From a virus (lineage: Duplodnaviria; Caudoviricetes), in the IMG/VR virus record IMGVR_UViG_3300048060_000061, positions 1 through 64,000 of that record: 64,000 nucleotides of DNA; one strand, given 5' to 3'. A program made the position numbers and the translations under genes. Every line of letters begins with the position of its first letter. The stretch's first letter is position 1. Below are positions 58,660 to 64,000 of the stretch, piece after piece. The notes under the pieces were generated by a model. That model was not told the origin of the DNA. It was given only the letters and a program-made list of their open reading frames with translations, and searched no databases.

Positions 58660-60616
58660 TGAAGCATTAATTACACAGATGGAAAATATATTAGCTGATG
58701 TAATAACTCTTGGTGGGCAAAATGAACGATCCAGTGTCGTACCAAATTTAACTGTTCAGGATGCTAATCCTACAGGGTTAAGTGGGTTTGTAATTATTTC
58801 TGATGATCGAGATGGTGATAACATTGTAGCCAAAAAGGTTGGAAGTGTTATCTATACTGACAATGATTTAGTCAATGTCCTTTTCCCGAAAGGTGGTGAG
58901 GCTATCGCTTTTCAGCAGGGATCACAATCTGCTAATAGTGGTATCTGGGAAATTGTACCAAGTACAACAACTGACATTTTTTATGACAAGGGAAATGTTG
59001 GAATAGGTAAATCGGTTGCGCCTGATGCGGCACTTGAAATTTTAGATGCAAGCCAGGCACAATTAAGACTGACATTTGAAGAAGACGTAAAATTTGTTGA
59101 TTTCACCCTGGATACGAACCATGATCTAACTATTACTCCCAGCTCAAATGGTCAAATTATCCTACAGCCTACAACGGATTCAGTAGATTTTTTCCAAGTA
59201 TTAGATGCAGATGGGGGAGATCCGGTTTTTAATGTCGATGTTGTTAATGAGAGAGTAGCGATTGGATCAGCTGCGCCAAACAGGGCATTATTGGTAGAGA
59301 AAGATACTACCGCCGTTACCGTCAGCGCCGTTCCGCTGATAACTACAAGAAACATAAATACTAGTGGAAATTCGTTAGCTGGCTATGAGATGGCGGCTGA
59401 CAATGGAGCTATAACAGGTCAATTCTTCGCCGATGGAAACGATTTATTCGGGTTTGGCACGGATAGCATATATTTCCGTGTGTTTACAAATCACCCCCTT
59501 GTATTTGGCACAAATAATACGGCACGCGCCATATTTGAAGCAGATGGCGATTTTGGACTAGGTACTTTAACTGTACCTCATGGGGGTGTTGGTGCGGCAA
59601 AATTTGCTATTGACGGGGCAAATAACAGTTTAGCTGGTCCCCACATTCAGATTACTACAGATGCTGATGATTTTCCGATATTACAACATTTTAATTGGGG
59701 ACATGATAATATTGGTTTTGCATTTGACCTTTATTTTGATGGGCAATTTAGGAGCGCCGATGCTGGTACGAACTGCCTGATGAGAAAGTTAAATGATGTT
59801 TTTCTCATAGCATACGATTCGGGAATTGCTCAGGGAAACGCTGTGGTACTTAATACCGCTCTGAGTATTGATCTTGCTACAGGTGCTATAAGCGTTCAAG
59901 ATGAGATAAACCATCTTGGCGATACGGATACTAAATTAGTTTTTGGCACTGATTCCCTAGAAGCTACTATAGGTAATCTGTCAATGTTGAAATTGACGGA
60001 AACGGCACAGGATTTGGTAGAAATTGGTGATGTAGCTGGAACTGGCGATGTTGATGTCAGCGTTAATGATGAGCAAATATTTTTACGTGGCAGTGACGGT
60101 ACATTAGGGATAGGGATAGCCTCTGGTTCGTTAGAGGCGAACACAATAGTCGAGATTGAAGAAGGTGGTGTCAAAATTGCCGGCGGTGGGTTTGGCGATT
60201 TTGTTAATGCTAGCAATTATGAAATTTTCTTTACCTCGAATGGTTGGTTTGGCAGAAATACTTGGAATGTGCAGGATATTGATTTTGGCGGTTGGTGGAT
60301 TGACCTGTTAAATAATGTTACTGATACTGTAGACAGATTTAGTATTAAATATCGCGCTCAAAGTGCAGCGGCTGGCACATTTACAACACATTTATCTATG
60401 AATAAAGATGGACTACTTGGAATAAATGGAATAACATCACCATCAACCGAACTTGACATAGGCGCTGGCGCTATGGAATTTGAAGAAATGACAGCGCCGG
60501 GAGCAGGGGCAGTAAATACGGCGCGGTTATTTGCACAAGACAATGGAGCGGGAAAAACTCAATTAGCAGTTCGTTTCAACACAGGAGCAATTCAGATTTT
60601 AGCTACGGAGCCATAA
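58652..60616 (+). CDS. Tail fibre / receptor-binding protein
   Basis: Repeated GNVGIG / VAIG / FGLGT / LGIN fibre motifs. Confidence 0.75.
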   Translation: MPDEALITQMENILADVITLGGQNERSSVVPNLTVQDANPTGLSGFVIISDDRDGDNIVAKKVGSVIYTDNDLVNVLFPKGGEAIAFQQGSQSANSGIWEIVPSTTTDIFYDKGNVGIGKSVAPDAALEILDASQAQLRLTFEEDVKFVDFTLDTNHDLTITPSSNGQIILQPTTDSVDFFQVLDADGGDPVFNVDVVNERVAIGSAAPNRALLVEKDTTAVTVSAVPLITTRNINTSGNSLAGYEMAADNGAITGQFFADGNDLFGFGTDSIYFRVFTNHPLVFGTNNTARAIFEADGDFGLGTLTVPHGGVGAAKFAIDGANNSLAGPHIQITTDADDFPILQHFNWGHDNIGFAFDLYFDGQFRSADAGTNCLMRKLNDVFLIAYDSGIAQGNAVVLNTALSIDLATGAISVQDEINHLGDTDTKLVFGTDSLEATIGNLSMLKLTETAQDLVEIGDVAGTGDVDVSVNDEQIFLRGSDGTLGIGIASGSLEANTIVEIEEGGVKIAGGGFGDFVNASNYEIFFTSNGWFGRNTWNVQDIDFGGWWIDLLNNVTDTVDRFSIKYRAQSAAAGTFTTHLSMNKDGLLGINGITSPSTELDIGAGAMEFEEMTAPGAGAVNTARLFAQDNGAGKTQLAVRFNTGAIQILATEP

Positions 60617-61327
60617 TATGAATCCGAGAGTTTATCAAGCGGCAGATGATCGCTGGTTAGTTTTTCATAATGAAATAAAATCAGATTATTTCACTTTAGA
60701 AAGTGAGGCGCAAGACATGGCAACAAAACTAACGTGGGCTGGGCAGGCTCAAGCGCAGGCCACTACATTAGCTCAAATAGGTGATCAATTGGCAAATCTG
60801 GAAACGGTTTATTTTGACCGGGGATATGATGGGGGGGGCTCTAACCCGATTACCAATGACGATGTGGTATCGTTAAATATCACGGCGGCTGATTTGGCGG
60901 CATTAATTACACTAATCCAGCAATTAAATAATTTCCTTGGCAATTCTGCCGTGACAACAGGCGATTATGACGCTACTTTGAATACAGTCAGGACTGATGT
61001 TTAATGGAGGAGAACCAACAAACACAAACTGGTTTAACATTTTCCGAAATTCGGAGCGCACTTCAAAATATATTTTCAGAAGTTATCAGTGGTCAGGCGC
61101 TGCAAATCGCCGCACTGAATAAACAAATCGAAGTATACCTTCAAACTATTCAAGATATGACCATAAAAGAAAAAGGTCTTATAGATCATATCCAAGATCT
61201 TCAAGTTGAAATTTTTGAACTTCAACGAATGGATGCTATAGTTGAGGAAACTGAGGAGCTATCTCCAGGACTGGCAGAGATAGCAGGGCGGGGGAGTGCC
61301 ATACTAGATGAAAATGCAAAAGAAAGA

Positions 61328-61353
61328 GCCGCCTCAGTTTGAGGCGGCCTTTT
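61328..61353 (+). terminator. Terminator ending the tail operon
   Basis: GCCGCCTCA-GTT-TGAGGCGGC-CTTTT. Confidence 0.7.
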
Positions 61354-61995
61354 AAGAGGAAAAGTGAGCTTTGCAAGCGTATTCACTTGTAACTTGCAAG
61401 ATATTGTAATTCTACCGCTCCATCCTCCCACGATCTTACCGCCTTGGTCTCTATGTGAGTAGCCCATCCAAGGACTACTCTAGCTGTCCATCCAGACGGA
61501 CACGTGTTAATGATCAACCGGGGTCGTTCGTTAGGTTTACCCACAATGGCCTCTTTGCCAGAAGATGTAAGTTTTATTCCCTGTTGATTTAGAAAGGCTA
61601 ATGCCTTTCTATTTGAAAGCATTTTTCTGGTAGTAGGACCATACCTATTCTCGCCTGGACAGTCTGGCCTATCCGCCATTCTTGTTTCCAGCACGAACAC
61701 GCGCTTGCTCTTGTCTCTTTCTTCATATTCTGCATACAGTGTTTCAAAATTTCCATTCACCGTGATTCTGCCTAATCCTTGCTTAAACATTAAACTCTCC
61801 TTTCTTGCTAGGTCCTGCTGAATTTCGTTTGTTTATCCTGGCTATTATCGAAGCCGCCAGTCCTGAGTATCTATGTTCCGGTTTATTTTACCCGTCAGTT
61901 TTTCAGGCGTTTGGGATTTTAGTATAGCGGTCCTCACGTCCGCTTGGTGATTTAATCTCACCCCTTAGCCCCCCGTAAGGGGCTAAAGGTTGGGG

Positions 61996-62283
61996 TTAAA
62001 TTATCTGATACCAACCGTTACCGGTTCTACTAAGACGGCTATCACTATAGCGAGCTTCTGTATTTAAGATTGCTCTGATTTGATTTAGTCCGATAGTGTT
62101 TTTGTTTATTCGACGAGTATTACTATCAACTTTCTCTTTAACGTCTGCACCATCTTCTATTAACTGTTGTGCGACATGCTTACAATGGAATATCCCATCA
62201 AACTCTTGTGACGACACTTCATCCACTGTTTCCAACACTGTCTTTGTATTTATCATCCAGCCATCTTGAGTTCTTATAATCAT
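61996..62283 (-). CDS. Small hypothetical protein (duplicated 5' end at <1-97)
   Basis: AAGGAG RBS and conserved promoter upstream. Confidence 0.7.
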   Translation of the reverse strand: MIIRTQDGWMINTKTVLETVDEVSSQEFDGIFHCKHVAQQLIEDGADVKEKVDSNTRRINKNTIGLNQIRAILNTEARYSDSRLSRTGNGWYQII

Positions 62284-62366
62284 TTTCGTTTCTCCTTTTC
62301 GCTAGGTCCTGCTCTCAAATCTGTATTTATTATACCACGAAGTATATAGTTTTGTCAACCCCCAAT
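62187..62366. repeat. Second copy of the 1-181 repeat (includes promoter 62329-62358)
   Basis: Direct comparison shows two differences. Confidence 0.95.
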
Positions 62367-62437
62367 ATGCTAAAAAGGAGCAGTATTCTATACATATTTT
62401 TTTAGCGTGTATTTTTAAGGTAGGGGTATTACTTAAG

Positions 62438-63331
62438 TTATCTTTTCCACGCCGTATTGAAAAATGTAGCAAGGTCTTTCAAATCGCACTTCGGTAATTC
62501 ATAGCACGGTGCTTTTCTTGATCCACGTCCAGCAAAAAAACCATCTTGGTGGCGAAACCAAAGTGTTAATTCTTTAGCAACCGGCGAAGAAGATAAGACC
62601 AAATCGACTAATTTTCCAAGATGAGGTTCTTTCCATTCGGGAGCCCGTGAAGCTCCCATTGGGTAAGAGATTCCTTCTGGCGTCTTAATAGGCTCCCCTT
62701 CAAATACAACTATACGAGCCCCCTTATCATATGCGGAGAAGGTAACAGAGGGTGTTCCCCCACGAATTGCCCAAATTAACTTGTCATCTGATTTCCAGAT
62801 AACTTTCTCGTCTAACTCTGCTTTTGTTTCTACTTTATGCTTTAACCAAGCTGCCGCCCGATCAAGCAAATCAAAACCGACCGCTACCATTTCCATATCG
62901 GTTAGGCGTTGACCAGTTAGTAAATTTTTTTGCAACCCTCCCCCCCAGAGGATAGAGTGAATCCCAACTGGTTCGGTTCGTGCTAAATCTCCCTGCCAAA
63001 TAACTTTGATCAGGGGAGAAAGATAGGAAACATCAATACCTAAGTATAAAAGATATTCCCAAAGCATTTTTGCTGCACAAGTATTGGTACTTTGCGATCC
63101 TTCAAGATGGTGGTGGTCAAAGCGCCATGTTTCAGGGCGGTATACTCCCCCCATATCACCGACTGATATAGCCGCTTCCAAAACATCCTGATCAATCCGA
63201 CTAAGAGACATCAAATTGATTTCGGCATCTTTGAAGGTCGGAACCACTTGACTTGCAAATCGTTTGACAAGCCAAAGGTAACAAATGGCATCAAAGTCTG
63301 GACTCTGATGGGTTACTATATGTTCTCTCAT
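62438..63331 (-). CDS. DHH-superfamily (MYG1-like) phosphoesterase
   Basis: IVTHQSPDFDA, GD.GG, FDHH motifs. Confidence 0.7.
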   Translation of the reverse strand: MREHIVTHQSPDFDAICYLWLVKRFASQVVPTFKDAEINLMSLSRIDQDVLEAAISVGDMGGVYRPETWRFDHHHLEGSQSTNTCAAKMLWEYLLYLGIDVSYLSPLIKVIWQGDLARTEPVGIHSILWGGGLQKNLLTGQRLTDMEMVAVGFDLLDRAAAWLKHKVETKAELDEKVIWKSDDKLIWAIRGGTPSVTFSAYDKGARIVVFEGEPIKTPEGISYPMGASRAPEWKEPHLGKLVDLVLSSSPVAKELTLWFRHQDGFFAGRGSRKAPCYELPKCDLKDLATFFNTAWKR

Positions 63332-63568
63332 TTTAGCTTTCCTTTATCTGTATTTTGTGGTGGCGGGTCGTAAATTTCCTCACCATATGTATCATCATAG
63401 TGCGAGAAAGTCCAACCTGCCTTTTCCATCTTACTAGCCGCTTTGCTGGCTAATGAATGATTAAGGTCTAGAGCGGATTGTCCGTATAGATAGACAGCAA
63501 CTTGCCACGCATCCATTGGGTATTGAGGAATTTCTTCAATAGTCTTTAATTGTATCATTTGTATCCTG

Positions 63569-64000
63569 TTATTCAAGGTAATCTTTGTCATCGTCCTCAT
63601 CATCATCCCAGGCCCCGTAATCGCCAGGGTGGGCTTGCCTTGTAGGCAACGGCAGTATCGGTTCAGGCTTGTGTCCAGTCCATTCGTAGAATTTGGACCG
63701 GGGCCACGGGTCTGTCATCCAAGAGGTATCGGGCTCGACCAGCATCATTGCCTCCTTAACTGTCAGCCACTCGGAACATTCCCACGAATTTGGGTTTCCA
63801 CTGCGAGCAGTCCAATCGAGACGGCCAACAGCGTCTACAGCCTGCGCCAGGTCCAAAGTGTTCCGGACATCCCAAGACACATAATCCAAAACCTTATGAT
63901 ACTCACCTTTGGCCCAAAGCTCCGGAGCCTTAGCGCCTGTCATTCCTTCCGGCTTGCCCGGCAACTCCATACCCTTGGCGGCGTCGTCGAGGCCCAGACG
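63569..64000 (-). CDS. RNase H-like 3'-5' exonuclease, C-terminal part
   Basis: GAKAPELW...VLDYVSWDVRNT (ExoIII-like YxxxD); ORF runs off the window. Confidence 0.6.
   Translation of the reverse strand, partial: RLGLDDAAKGMELPGKPEGMTGAKAPELWAKGEYHKVLDYVSWDVRNTLDLAQAVDAVGRLDWTARSGNPNSWECSEWLTVKEAMMLVEPDTSWMTDPWPRSKFYEWTGHKPEPILPLPTRQAHPGDYGAWDDDEDDDKDYLE

Noticed and set aside
62187-62366. Circular-genome overlap or exact terminal repeat
   Set aside because: The copies differ at two sites and unique genes continue after 62366

Overview
The window is a 64-kb segment of a large tailed dsDNA phage (Caudoviricetes, long tape measure; no terminase, integrase or DNA polymerase recognised). It carries most of the virion module: portal, minor head protein, protease/scaffold, major capsid, adaptor, tail tube, frameshifting tail chaperone, tape measure and tail tip/fibre. 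Accessory cargo is interleaved: rmlC/rmlD, about seven glycosyltransferases and three SAM methyltransferases, a GIY-YIG endonuclease, a DNA methyltransferase, five pentapeptide-repeat paralogues, Ro60 with two Y RNAs, and six tRNA or tRNA-like genes, three of them with atypical folds. The strongest candidate for a new system is RNA-guided. A transposase-less TnpB with intact RuvC residues (16059-17333, minus) is associated with three mini CRISPR arrays that use type I-E-like repeats. Each array is preceded by a ~100-nt scaffold whose stems co-vary between the three copies and whose loop and anti-repeat are complementary to the repeat 3' end. I read this as an omegaRNA split into tracr-like and crRNA parts, with one copy still fused as a natural single guide. 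A second, divergent TnpB-lineage nuclease (C2c9/Cas12n-like, 53470-54849) has an array whose repeat keeps the I-E 5' half but has a remodelled 3' half. No cas1, cas2 or cas6 is present in the window. All assignments come from reading motifs by eye; no searches or folding programs were run.
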